From positions 3,038,001 to 3,102,000 of the forward strand of contig OZ365116.1 in the NCBI GenBank assembly GCA_977030845.1: 64,000 nucleotides of DNA. The letters are read 5' to 3'. The notes below the pieces were generated by a model. It did no database searches and was not told the DNA's origin. It saw only the letters and a program-made list of their open reading frames with translations. Positions 41,001 through 54,000 of this stretch are shown in pieces. Within the stretch, counting starts at the first letter, position 1; every line of letters begins with the position of its first letter. Position numbers and translations under genes: made by a program. The DNA is from Fimbriosthenelais zetlandica (taxonomy: Eukaryota).

Positions 41001-44000
41001 GATCCTGCCATATTTAGATGATTACCTCTGGTCAAGGAATCAGGCAAAAAGGGTCAGCTAGCCACTCTCCAAGTCTGTCCCCCTTGCGCTGTTTCCCCCC
41101 AATTCACCAATAGCCTTGCTGTGAACAGATACCCTTCCACCCACTGCTCATCTGCCTTTGAGTATTCCCTGATGGGAAATATTTCTATCTGCACCCAATA
41201 TGGCATGCATCCCAGGTTGGTTCTGTACTCCCAGAGCAGGCTGTACCATCTATTTTCTCCACTTATCTGACAGCCTTTCAATATGACCTTTCCTGTTCAT
41301 ATCACATCTATATTGGACCTTAATGTCGACATATTGAATTACATTTCCATATCAATCACTCTACGTCCGTCAACTTTGACACCTCAATATTGGCACATTT
41401 CAACTCATTCCTAACCACATTCGATGTATGCTGTCCGAGAAAGAGGGATTGAGCTTGAAATATAGGAAACTTTTAATATGGCCACCTGGATCAAATTTGT
41501 TATTAGTTACTGTTATTAAATTTCAAAATACTTTAATGAAAAAAGATTGAAAGAGGGATCAAATTTTTCTGAGGATCTTGAAAGATGGATCAAATGTTTT
41601 GGAGGAACTTAAATTTGCTGCCTTTCGAAATCCATAAAAGTTTTAATAAGCTCTTAATACGCTGAACAAAAACCTTTTTTTAAAGTCTAATTATTGCTTT
41701 TCCTGATCCTAATAGTTGTGCCTGAGTCTCTTATTAAGTCCAATCTCTAGGTCTTATTTCAGCCCAGTGATTCCCTGGTCCCATTTCGTCTTTGGAATAG
41801 TTCTTGTTGCCTGACCAAAGTGCTATTCCATGTCATGATCGGAAAGTTTAGGTAACACCAGGGACAGTAAATGCACAAGGCCGTGGTCATAATCACAGCT
41901 TCCTTCACACTCCTCAGTTTTATGTCCTAAGTTACTCTATAGAGTGGTGGCTGGCTCCCTTGTCCACTTGTTTTTCCCACTATCTCGATTGTCCCCTGTG
42001 AATTATGGGGCAATATATTGTCTGACCAGTCCAGCTCTGTGCCCATTGTGTCGCTGAACCAACATTCTCCCCGGTTCTTGCCATATATCAGAAGTCATTG
42101 CGTGACATCCGGACTCAAAGCTAATCATAAAAGATCATGATTTGGTCGGGAGCATTTTGCCTTATCATTTGACAATAAAATCGCGTTCTACTGAAATGGA
42201 AACCGTCCATTTGTGGAGGGCAAACAAAGAAGTTTGCAGGAGGCAATCTTTCTGTCTTTTTATAATCAAATCTTGCTTTGTTACAATCAAATCAGAAGGC
42301 GGGGTTGTAGGGCCTGAGGGAAATTTTCTCACATGACACGAGTTCTTGGAGGACTTGGCGTTATGCACTGAATTGGGCCATGAACTGAGAGTGCACTCTG
42401 GTCAGGTGTTCCCAGTAGTCATTCAGGCCAAATGACTTGTAGGCCAACCCCAGGGGAGAGGACTCCTTTATATGGCCCTCTAGTGAGGCTGGGGTGTATT
42501 GGGGTTATCTAGAACCTTCTATTAGTAAGATAGTAGACTATAGACGTACCCTTACTATGTTACACAAAGGTTATCAGCAGACGTCTGATTCAGGTCAGAC
42601 ACTGCACTGATGGTCAAGGTTCCGATACATTCAAGCCACAAATTGTATATAAATCAATGTAAGCATCTCTCTAGCGTCTCTCTATAGTTCCAGAGAGACT
42701 GGTGTAGTCTCTCTCATACTTCCTTCTGATGTCATTTAAGCAGTAACCGTGACATGGCTCATTTGTTTCGAGAAAAGCTTTTAAAGAATCATGTTGACGA
42801 GACCCTTGTAGGTCAATGCCCCTGAGAAACTGGGTATTTTATGACCCCCAGTAGTTGTTTCTCGTTATCAATTGCATACAAATTGGATAATTTGGGTTTT
42901 CATTTGCTTAGCTTAGGCATAAGGTTATTGGTGTGGCTCTAAGAGCTCAGTGAGAACCTAGTGTTAGCCCCACGATAAGAAACCCATGAATATAGAACTA
43001 ATAATAACGTTAGTCTCTCTCTGTCTGCCCATAACTCAGGCTGTTGGCTTATCTAACCGCTTTATGTACATGGATGTATTTATGCATTTGCTAGTGGAAT
43101 CCTTTGGGAAAGTTCAACTCCCAAGCTTTCTCCAACTTTGCCATTGTTCTTCACCCCTGGTTCTGCTAATTGGGTTATCAAAGGCCAGCCATACCTCCCA
43201 CTGTCTGTAGTGGGAAGCATGTCCAGCCATGCCTCCCACCTTTCATTGTTCCCATGGGATAAATATGAAGTTCATTATATAGTACAAATGTACACCACTT
43301 TTTGCGATATTATAAAAACCTCCTCTGAATGCGTAGTTATCATTGTTATTGCCTTCTATGTATGTTTGTAAAGTGGCTTTTTAGCTCTATCCAGGTTTAA
43401 TGGACTGAATATTGTATGTTTTTCCATATTACAGATTCATACAAAGAGCTGCCGTACCGTTCCTCCAGTCGCCCATGGCTAAACCCCTACTATGCTGCGC
43501 CATAGCCGCTCTCTCACTGGATCACCGAGAAGCCAATTCCTCCGTGACCAAATTCACTTCAGAACTCTGCAAAGCTTCTCGAGAAAAAGAGGTGAGTGAA
43601 AAATGATCGATGATTTCTTGGCGTGAGGAAGATTTCACTGATGACTCATTCTGGTGAATGATTTGTGGAGTTCCACCTCAATTTGCCTGCCAAAATCCTC
43701 GCTATCATTTCACAACATTCATTATTAGCTAAAGATCAGTTTTGAAGTCATCTAGTGCTTGAAAGTTTTCTGGCGTAGTTATTTGTGGGTTAATTATCAC
43801 AAAATATTAAAAAGCTTCCCCGAATTTCGTCCTCTCTCTTTCATTTCTCCTTGTATTGGCTTGGTTCTCTCTCTCCTCTCTTGTCTCTTCTCTCCTTTCC
43901 TTCTCCACCCTTGCTCTTCCTGTCTCACTTTCTTTCTCCCATCTTTTCTCTCCCTGTTCTCTCTCCTCACCCCTCTATAAATTAGAAATTAATTTTCTGA

Positions 44001-47000
44001 AAATGTCTCTTCATTAATTAGAGAAGTCGGTGATTTCTCTGGCCGCAGACTGCCTGAGTTTGGTCCGTATCACGTTACAAACACCATCTAAAATAACCTT
44101 ATTTACAGCTCCCTCCAACACTACTCTTACTTCACTATTTGACTTCTCAGCTTCTCTCTTGCAAAATCAAATATGAAATTACACTGCTGATTATTATCTG
44201 GTGATTGCAATACATAATTGGAAAGGCTCTTCACAACTAGTTCAGAATGAAAGCTGATACTTTATTAATTTCACTTGAAGGTGACCTTCCAATTTGCTCC
44301 TCTTTCGCTTGGGGGATTTAAATAACTGTGAGGTATTAGATTCTGTATTTAGTTTACTCCGAAGGGAACCTAAGTAGTTTAGCAACAGAAATATGATTTA
44401 CATCAGAAGTTATGATATAAGTCTGAATGATACTAGATAGTTTAGATGTTAGATTAATTTTGCTCTAACTCGCCAGAGTGAAATACTAAAGGTGCTCTTC
44501 TATTTTCTGTAATCGAAATTGAGATATAACCGAGAAGGACTTTCAAATCAATCCTGTAAAAATACTGGCGTTCTGTCGTATCGTATTGATTTTCAGGCAG
44601 GTCTGGTTAGTCTGATGATATTTTTTGGTTGTATTTTTCAGGATAAGGAGGATTTTGAGGCACGATCAGCAACCATCAAGCAGATCTTCAGCGAGCATGG
44701 TCAAGCCCTGACACAAGCCATCCTTAACGCCTGTATATTCCACCTACCGTCCTTCATGATATCTGACCAGGCTGAAGTCCTGTATGAACTGATGCTGGTG
44801 GATAGAGCTGTAAGTAATGTGATTCTCTATGATTAACCTCTCTACTCCAGACTAGTCCTCCTCTCATCACAGTTTGTCACAGGAAAGTCGCCATCTACTC
44901 TCACAATGTAGTGGGTGGGTCCAAACTCATAGGTCAAGTACACAAGCAGAGAGCGAGACATGGATGGCCTTTTACACGCCTCTCACCACAGACAGTGGGA
45001 GACATGGATGGCCTTTTACATGCCTCTCACCACAGACAGTGGGAGACATGGCTGGCCTTTTACATGCCTCTCACCACAGACAGTGGGAGACATGCCCGGA
45101 CTTTTACAAGCCTCTCACCACAGACAGTGGGAGACATGGCTGGCCTTTTATATGCCTCTCACCACAGACAGTGGGAGACATGGCTGGCCTTTGACAAGCC
45201 CCTCACCACAGACAGTGGGAGACATGGCTGGCCATTTACATGCCTCTCACCACAGACAGTAGGAGACATGGCTGGCCTTTTACCAGTCTCTCACCACAGA
45301 CAGTGGGAGACATGGCTGGCCTTTTCATGTCTCTCACCACAGACAGTGAGGGATATGACTGTTACCTATGTAAATTAACAGGCTGTATCATGGTAGTAAA
45401 AATACTGTAGTCTGTAAATATGGTACACTCAGGAGCCGCCATATTCTCCCTCCTCAGCCAATCGACGTAAACTTTATACCATCATCCTGGCCCCCGGGCG
45501 GTGTGTCGAGGCGACATTAATCTTATTTGGTGATGGCTTCACTACTTTGACCATATCTTGGTAACATCGGTCATGTTCCATCAAACAGATGACTGTAGCT
45601 GGAGCTGGCTTTATTCTGGCGGAACCTCAGCTTCCTCCCTACATATCAATTATACACTAATCTCCATTAGAGATATTAACAATTATTTTGAGCTCAGGAT
45701 GTTTGTTACATTTTCAGAATAATTTTTAAGCTAAGACACTCAGAATTTGTAGGATATAATTAATGGCCTGAACGCTACTGAGATGAAATATTAATATAAA
45801 GCTTGTTGCTGAAAGTCCATTATATATTTATATGCTGTCTAGAGGCGATCAGGTGAACTTCAGCTGATAACTGAAATGATAAAGGACGAACTTTAAACAA
45901 ATCTTTTCTGTCCACGCTTCAAATTTCAGCTTAGTGGGGTCACTTAATAAGAATTAGAGGCTTTATTTTGATGTGGTACTTTAGAAGTTTCCAACTCCAT
46001 TACATTTCACCAATGATGAGCGTCCTTCACTAATGACAGTAGTTCTAAGTGATTATCAGCATCAAAATAAATTTAAAAATCTCTATTTGAAACTGATAAT
46101 CTCTAGCTCGGCCGACCGGTGGCGTCATTGCTGACTTCGGCTTAAATAAATCCCTTGTGAGATTTGCTGAAGAGATTATAAAGAGAGAATTGTGACATGA
46201 TTTTCGATATTTGAAGATTTCAACTAGGAGACAATCCGTTAACTTGTATTTGGTTTTGCGCCTTCCTGAGATAACTGAAAACCCAGTAAACCTTAATGGG
46301 TTTGAGGACGAACCGTTCTCTCTCAAAACCAGAGATCTATATGTTTTTGCCATCATTTAGTTGACATGACTGTCCAGGGTTGGTGTCATGTCTTGACATC
46401 AAGAATGCCATGACATGGCATCCGTTGACACATTCAATGAAACTTGGATCAAAATTTGTTGGCGCATCCCTAAATGAAATCATCTGAAAAAGAGGATAAT
46501 TGACTGACGACATTGTTGAGTGATTTTCTTGCGGTTTTTTCAAGATTCTCAAACAATATGGCCATCAATTGCATGAAAACACTGCCTCCCATTTCAGGGT
46601 TTTTACGGGCTTTCACACCCTTGTGGTAACACTCGTGAACCATGAGTGGTCTGTAAAACATGGAGGGCCAGGGTAGGCATGGGTGGGATCGTGGTGCATG
46701 GTGAAGTTCAGAGAAAACTCAGGGAAAACTCAGGGAATTCTGTTGTCATGAACTCGGAACCCTGGCAAATGTTTCCCTTGTACTTTCAAACTTGGATACC
46801 CAAGAACCGCCCAAGAGTGTCTCGCTGTCCCCCAAAGTGGATGAAAACACAGAATGATTGAGTCTCCAAGAGATATAATGTAGCATCAATATAGGTGCAA
46901 GGGATAGCTTGAACGGTATGAACATGAGCTTTTGATATACAAAGTGGTAAAGTGCTTATATAAGCAACAAAGGTTTTATATGAGCTTCAGTCATATGATT

Positions 47001-50000
47001 CCAGTAGATCCCGTGTTTAATCATTCCATCTTTATGGTTATTTTATAGGGGCTATCAGATTTAATTGGCTCTCTGAACCCCCACCGATCCCTTCTCATCC
47101 CCACCTCCGAAAAAAAAGTCTATTTGTCTTGCAAGATTAATTACCAGCTAAGTCCCTTGGCCACCACCAGGGGGTATGAAGATAAATGTGTTTTGTACCC
47201 CTGGGGAAAATCTGGCTGGCAGCGAGAGAGAAAGATGAGCTTCCGAAAAATTCGTGATTGTTAAAGATGGTTTACTTTTCAATCAGTCTTGTATTCCTCT
47301 TCAGAAAGTCCACACCGGCAGTTTTATGTACTGCTGTTAGATTGAAAGCATTGTTTTGGTCTGGCAAGTAGTTCTTTATAAAGAATGAAGACCGTAAGTT
47401 ATCCTATCGGACTTGACTGATCAAATCAAGCGTGAAAATGACAGCTATTCCGGGCGTGTCATGCATAGAAATGACAGCCTGTTAAAGCTATCTCTGTCAG
47501 TGATTAAGTCAGAGTGACACCTCCTCACCCCACTCTGTCAGTTTTACTACTGACAAGAACTTTTTATCCTCTTTTATTACGTTTTTATTACAACCTTTAT
47601 CTTCACGGTAGATGTGAAATGTTCCTCCTTCGTAATTTTCTGTAAATTATCGATGTACTGTGCCTTATCGATGTAAATTTTACATCGATAAGGCATCAAT
47701 TCCATTGACTGATTTTCCACAGTTTGATCAAAATGTCATCGTCGATAAATCAAACTCAGACATTGATATCGCTGATCAGTCTTACCAAGACATCTCCCTG
47801 TCAATTCTTCATTTGTTTCCTCATTTTCTTCAAGTGAAAAGATATTTAAATTGTCATCGTGTCATGGACTGTTTCTCATTCTCGTATGCGTGTTTTTTAA
47901 GGCTTCTAACTTCTCCTTCATCCCTTTCCATTCTACTGGAAAGCAGCAAATGCAATACAGTACAATAAAACCCTTTTAGATTTAGGGTTTTGCATGATGG
48001 AGTAACCCTGAAGTACACATAGATGAATGAATATGAGGTTTTCACAGGATAAGATTGCCTTCCCCCACCTCCATCAATTCTCATGCCCAGCATTCAGACC
48101 AGGTCCAAACCGTTATCACCTTTTCCACTTTTTGTGTTGATGTCATTTACATTATTTCCACTTGACGCATTCCTTCAGGACCAAGTTTCAATTGATGTCT
48201 TTGATTTTGAAGATTGTGCTTTAAGGCAGATAGAAGCATTGCTGGGTTTGTCACACTGTCCTGAACCAAGTAAATGTATCATCTTGCGTCCTTGTTTGTT
48301 CTTGAAGTGCTTGATTTTGCAGACACACGCAAGGCAAACGTGACCTGTTTTCTTTTGTTTCCATTCAACCAAGTGACCCTGTCTCCTCAACCAAATGTAG
48401 TCTTTTAATGAACTTGAGTTCATTCAAGGACTTGCTGTCCCTTGTATCTTCCTTTAGACCTCACAGACTTTGTGACAGGCCCTTTTTAAGGTCACTTATT
48501 CAATAAGATGTTTCTTCTCATCACTCGTGCATTGAAGGTTAAAAAATGCCATTCTGAAGTTGTGTTTCTTACTGGGCATCCTTGTTCCTTTGGAGAATTG
48601 ACTTTAAAAGATTCAAAAAGCACATGAGCAAGAAGACAATCTTAGTACTACGCCTTCGATATTACTGTAAAAATTCAACATGATTTGCTTTTCTATCAAA
48701 TATTTTTGAGTATTTGAAATAATTCTCCACTCCTTCTTTCGACGTCCCTTTTAAAGTTCTCTAATTTCTTCTCCACGGGAAAGGTGAAGGCACCTCACTA
48801 ATTAATGAGAAAGCTGTTTGATTTAGTACAAACATGTAATTAATGGTAATTACAAATGATGGAGAGGACCGCATAGAAACATAGAAGCTTTTACTGGGCA
48901 CTTTCTTAAAGGCAGGATCTACCATCCAGTGATCAGTCCTTTACCATCGGTGATTCTATGGCAAGGCGCCTTTTAAACCAAAGTTTGCCAACCATATGGC
49001 TGTGATTGCGAGTAAATGTTACCCTTTTAATGGAATAAAACCTTATGAAAGATAATTCAGGACTAATTGCAGCTATTTTAAAATCATTCGTCTTTGAGGT
49101 ATATTTTGCTTAGAATACTTTTCTTGATGCTTCCACTGGCAAGCCTTGCTCCTTTGATGGGGAAAAAGCTCACTTCATGTGATGAATTATAGAATGAGAT
49201 AAAACATGGGGAGAATGCGGAGATGGCATCATTCTTATAATAAATACAGAGCCTGTCTCCTCAGGCTTTGTCACATGAAGTGGGAAGAAATCTGTCTGGG
49301 GGGCCACACGGCATTCCCCTCTCTGACAACTCCCCTGCTCTCTGCCCCAGCTCTCTCCAAGTCCACAGATCTCGCTGCAATCCTTTGTCTTTATTCATAT
49401 AAACACTTTTTGTCACCAAATGCTCCGTCCACTGCTTTGGCTGAACCAATTGTCCCATTGTACTTTCCTTTGCATCCTGGATAAATCGTCCTAGAGATAA
49501 GCCCATGACTTTGAAGCAACTATAATATAAAACTTTGCCAAGCCCCTAGACTGTGCTTAGCAATCGCATTGGATCTCCAAGGGATGTTGTACATGGGGAA
49601 AGATACTTTATTTCACTTTTTTCGCTAAATAAATGCTCTCCTGCTGCGTCGATGGAATAGGGATTTTCTACCTCAAAGTTTTACCTCTAGTTCTCCAGTA
49701 GATTTAGGAATTACCAAGAGGCAATCTACTTAATCCCATTTTCGCTTCATGGCATGTAGTCTGGCACTAGTTAACCTTATCAAATATTATTCTCTAAGCC
49801 CTTGTAAAAAGGCCTTGGCTTTGTAGGAAATCCAAAGGCATTGTCCATACTCTATCTATAGTCCCATCTGTTTTCCTCTCCAGCAAGGCCTAATCATGTG
49901 AAAGTTGGGAATGATTTTTCTTACTTTTCTTTGTATAAATTAATTTCTCTTGTATGAATTATTTCATCTGCTGGCTTGTAGCTTTATCAATTAATGTTGA

Positions 50001-51020
50001 CACTTTTATTTTCAGACATTCTGTAAATGGTTAGAAGAATCATTGAAGGCTCTACCTGGTGAGTCTGGATCAGGGACTATAACGGCCACCCATAAACAAT
50101 TAACAGATTACCATAAAGCTGTCACAAGGTAAGCTTACCACTCATTATAAACCCCTTACCCACCCACTGCCCAGAAGTTACCTCCCACAATTATGTTTTA
50201 AGAAACTTATTTTGTCCACATTTTCCCATCTTCAAGGTTGAAAACTGCAGCTTCATTTTGAGAATTATTGGGCAATCGGTGGGGGGTTGCTTTGGCCTAT
50301 TCTTGCCCTGATTATTCATCGATTTGCCCCCATAGATGAGCATATCTCTGGTAAAGAGCAGCTCATCTAACAGGCTAATAATAACTAGTCTAACTCACGG
50401 ATAATGATCAGCATTGATATCAGATACGCTGAATGCTCACATATATAGGCCTACCGTATAGCTTCTAAACACCCAGCTCCTATACCGTATACCATCTAAA
50501 AGACACAACATTCAGACTGATTCCCAGTCTTTTAAATTAAATCAAATAAGCTGTGCCAAGGATTTATTAGCTTTTATAACTTTACAACAAAAATTGTTGG
50601 GTTTGATTTTAAACTCATAGTCACGAGGAGGGAAATTTCTTACTTACTTTCTTTAACATTATATCTCTCCTGATTTCGCTTACCTTAATTGATCTATCTG
50701 TTCATAGAGTGTCAAATCTGTGGCTTACTGTAGTATTTGAATGGCATACAATAGTATAATTATCCATATATACTGGGAAACAATCTAAGATCCATCTAAG
50801 TAATGACAGTCCCCTCGCCTGAAGGATAAAGTAAATCTTATCAACAATATAAGTAGCTTATTACATTGTGTATGGTGAAGATACTTGTTTTTTTCCATCT
50901 CAATGTACGGATGATCCGTTTCCTATCTAATCCATATACTTCATCTTTCTACTTAACAGTGCTGAAGATTTGAAGAGTGTTAGCCGTGCGACACGGGAGT
51001 TCGCCCGTCTATATAGGTAA
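28830..51020 (+). CDS. TNPO3: Transportin-3 (importin-beta family SR-protein import receptor), 5'-partial gene, 11 exons, about 429 codons including stop
   Basis: join(28830..29021,31053..31144,31715..31806,35365..35425,35696..35836,38547..38663,39642..39736,43435..43591,44642..44809,50016..50128,50960..51020). All introns are GT-AG and the phases chain without a frameshift. Diagnostic peptides: [88 protein letters not shown], matching the C-terminal half of human TNPO3 as I remember it. Confidence 0.96.
31053..31144 (+). CDS. TNPO3: TNPO3 exon (92 nt)
   Basis: gattgtag|GTACGGGC...AAAAAG|gtaaag; (G)[30 protein letters not shown]. Confidence 0.92.
31715..31806 (+). CDS. TNPO3: TNPO3 exon (92 nt)
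   Basis: ttcag|ATTCTG...TTCAG|gtaaat; [30 protein letters not shown](R). Confidence 0.95.
35365..35425 (+). CDS. TNPO3: TNPO3 exon (61 nt)
   Basis: tttcag|ACATACC...TTGGAG|gtaaac; [20 protein letters not shown]. Confidence 0.95.
35696..35836 (+). CDS. TNPO3: TNPO3 exon (141 nt)
   Basis: tttcag|TTGTGG...ACCCAG|gtaaat; [47 protein letters not shown]. Confidence 0.97.
35863..36494 (-). repeat. 47-bp minisatellite array A' (about 13 units), reverse complement of array A
   Basis: Unit TTGGGGAATTGTTATAGGAATACTGCACGAAACAGGGTCGATACTGC is the exact reverse complement of the array A unit; starts about 27 nt after the TNPO3 donor at 35836. Confidence 0.97.
38547..38663 (+). CDS. TNPO3: TNPO3 exon (117 nt)
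   Basis: tttcag|ATGGTC...CTCCAA|gtaagt; [39 protein letters not shown]. Confidence 0.97.
39642..39736 (+). CDS. TNPO3: TNPO3 exon (95 nt)
   Basis: tttcag|GCTTTC...CTGAG|gtaaga; [31 protein letters not shown](R). Confidence 0.97.
43435..43591 (+). CDS. TNPO3: TNPO3 exon (157 nt)
   Basis: ttacag|ATTCATAC...AAAGAG|gtgagt; [52 protein letters not shown]. Confidence 0.95.
44642..44809 (+). CDS. TNPO3: TNPO3 exon (168 nt)
   Basis: tttcag|GATAAG...AGAGCT|gtaagt; [56 protein letters not shown]. Confidence 0.95.
44952..45350 (+). repeat. 44-bp minisatellite array B' (about 9 units), same family and orientation as B
   Basis: Unit starts at 44993, 45037, 45081, 45125, 45169, 45213, 45257, 45301; begins about 140 nt after the TNPO3 donor at 44809. 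Confidence 0.95.
46050..46660 (-). mobile_element. Degenerate hAT-like (ZNF862/KIAA1586-type) transposase C-terminal remnant
   Basis: [11 protein letters not shown] (~RFxD...FDP), GFSV...KT (~ERGFSxxxxIKT) and FKPKSAM...RAR (~FDPxxAIxxW...RR) across three frames. Confidence 0.35.
49200..49800 (-). mobile_element. Possible L1/Tx1-like LINE remnant
   Basis: [20 protein letters not shown] resembles WDxVCxPKxxGGLGxxxL; weak zf-RVT-like stretch further downstream. Confidence 0.3.
50016..50128 (+). CDS. TNPO3: TNPO3 exon (113 nt)
   Basis: tttcag|ACATTC...ACAAG|gtaagc; [37 protein letters not shown](S). Confidence 0.96.
50960..51020 (+). CDS. TNPO3: TNPO3 last coding exon (61 nt to the TAA stop)
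   Basis: ttaacag|TGCTGAAG...TATAGGTAA; [19 protein letters not shown]. Confidence 0.93.
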
Positions 51021-54000
51021 TAGATAAATCCTCATCAATCCATCTTCACAAGGAAGACGCGAATTAACTCAGATCAGGGGGAAGAGGTAAAACCAGGTAG
51101 AAGAGAAGTATATCATTGTAACGTGCAGTACTGATACCGAGGGACATCAATAAGCGTATCACTAGTAGTGATTTGAAATCAGTCAATTCAGTGATTAAAT
51201 CAGGTGAGAGAGTATGGAACCAAAGACCATTCAGGGACCCATATCTCTACCCGTCTATGATTCATTCATGACAGTAGAAAATCATTAATTGTCCCCAGTG
51301 TTTCGCCATCCATCAGGACAATGGATGCCTTATTTTCGCTGCTCGCGCTTGACAAAATAAAAGCGGGGAAAATACAGAAGGCTAATATATTTTCTTCATG
51401 AAAAAATACAAGCATCGATTTCATTTCGGAAAGCTGATCCATTTCCTTTTTAATTAAAAGTATGGAAAATGGATCATAACTTTTTTGTAACATAATCATT
51501 TCAAGTAAGATTTGTTAACCTTGTTGGTTTAACATAAGGAAGAGTTGAGTGGGTGTGAGGGAGTATGTAGCCTTCTGGTTTTCGGATGTATATGAGATAT
51601 CGGATGTATATCTATAAAGTATCATGTATCCATGGCCATCGTTTTTGTAAGATGGCCGTTTAGTAATAGTCACAAGCCCCAGGTGATTATAGTGCGTGCA
51701 TGTAAATGTAAAAGGACATTTGTCTAGGGCTCCAGGCCATGACAACTAGAGGGCAGTTTTTTTTGTAAGGCTGGAATGTTTCTCATGAATCTAGTCGAAG
51801 GGGACTAGCGATATATATATAACATTGAAAACTGCAAATCATTTCTCTTCAGCGCAGCTACAATTTTGGACGACTTGTGTGTTCGTTTTGTTATTAGTTC
51901 AGGGTTGGAGTTAAATAATAGAGTCCTAAGATAATTGTGATGAATGGGTGCCTTCTGATGGTGTTAAATCTTACAAAATATATGGAAAAGCTTTCTCTGG
52001 GGGTGAGGTGTTAAAAAATTCAGGTCTGCGAAAAATTTAAATGAATTGCAGTGAAATTATGTGATGCCTTTGTCACTTGAAGACTGGACAGCTGAGTGTT
52101 GATGCTTGGTGTACAGAGATTACATTATACTCGTCTTTCACAATGCCTCATGATGGCAAGAAGACATCTCAACCTTGATAATACCTGTCCACGTTAAAGG
52201 TGCAGTCAAATATAGATTGTATGAGTCAGAATAATGTATATCAGTGTATTTTATGGTGTGTCACTTTAACAAGTCCCATGTGCCTCAAAGATTAGACCCA
52301 GTAGAATTAGTTCTATACCTTGGATAGGAATGCTTTATTTTGGCATTGATATCCCCTAATATCCGGGTATAATAGAGAGACCCGCGGGTATTGGTTCAAT
52401 GATTCGCTCCGCCTCTGTAGACTTTAAGGTATAAACAGTGTTAGATTTGCATTCTAGGGAGAATGAGGAGGGAGGGAGGACCGTGATTGTAAGATGCTTG
52501 CCGGTGGAATCATTTATTAATATTATAAGATAAGATGTCCCTCATCCCAGCCCCGTCCGTCTGTCAATATCAATTGGCAGTCATCTCCTTTCCTCTGTTT
52601 ACCTGTTCATTGTGTTGGAGAACGGACCGGAAGTAATCCCCAATGACGACAATATTTCACCGTAAAATAAGGCATGGTAATCTAAGCCATCTATTCCTTC
52701 CGCAATCCTTAAAAAATTAGTAATGAGGCATGGAAATCAAAGCCATCTATTCCATCTGAAATCCTGAAAAAAATTAATCCTTTTACATCTCCTAGTTTGC
52801 CAGGGATTTTGGGGAATTAATGATAAAGTCAATGTGTAATTTCAAAGTTTTGAACTTCGAGAAAAGTAAAGATAAGAGAAAGAGTTTAAGGGTTATCATT
52901 CGTTTGGAAGGCAGTCTATGTTCCTTTACTGATTGAACTGATTGATTTAAAAACATACATTTTACCAAATCTAAAACATTAATCAGATTCTGAATTATAA
53001 ATGGCCGGAAGTAGATACACCTTAAATATCTTTCAGCAAGGTTCATCTTCCTCTCCACGCTTTATTGTGAATCCATTTATCCTTTACAAGATTATTCTCT
53101 CTTCAGAAGAAATCCCTCTAAAAATTCTGTTCAAAACAATTGGGAAAAGATTCTGTTTCATTTGTTTATTCATAAAATAATTAGAAATCTTTCAAGGATG
53201 ATTGATGACAGAGCTTTCAAACAATCTGTTCCTGAAGAAGCAGTTTGAAAGCAGATTCAATTCCATTTCTTGGTCAGTTTTTACTTAAATCTTGCCATGA
53301 TATTCATGGCTTGGCCATTGCTGAAGTCTTGGCTGCCCGATATTATCCATCATCAAAGCAACTTATATCTTAATATACTTCAACTCACATTCCCCATAAC
53401 CCTGCAAGTCTAGATCATAATACCCCCAATGCACAATCACCCCTGACAATCTAGTATACAAGTGCTGAAATATCTATACATCTCAGCCGGAATTCATGTA
53501 TCAAATCCACATTAATCTATATAAACTATATGCCTCACATCTCCACAAATGTATAGATGGTCTTGTAAGCCACAGATCTAAATTTACCGTGTTACCTGGG
53601 GCAAGGTCGTATAAAAAGTAGATCTGAAGAAGAGAGAGGGAGATGCTTAGCTCATATGTGGAGATTGGGAGTGAATATATAAGAGATCACAGCACCGAGC
53701 CTTGATAACTTGATACCCTATGTGTATGTTGAGGAGGCCTCTTGATAATATATACATGTATGTATTATGCTTCACTAAAAACTTCTCATAACTGTGACCA
53801 AGATTTCATGATGTGTATAACTATCTGAAAGTAAGAATGTAAGAATCATCCCATTGACTTTTTTCATAATATATTTTTATTCAGGATGATCTTGGCACTA
53901 TGACACAGACGGTATCGTGGCTAAGCACAAAAAACTGCACACTGCAGCTTTAGAATGAAACTAATAATAGTTATCCACACCATTAATTTAAAACTATTTA

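Noticed and set aside
39860-42370. Faint LINE-like peptides on the - strand (ES-WAEIR, CPSPL, WVEGYL)
   Set aside because: Motif order and spacing are inconsistent; probably old TE debris but not classifiable by eye.
43600-43660. TGAT/CTGA-rich stretch resembling a C/D snoRNA
   Set aside because: No exact box C (RTGATGA), no terminal stem, and it sits directly against the donor site.
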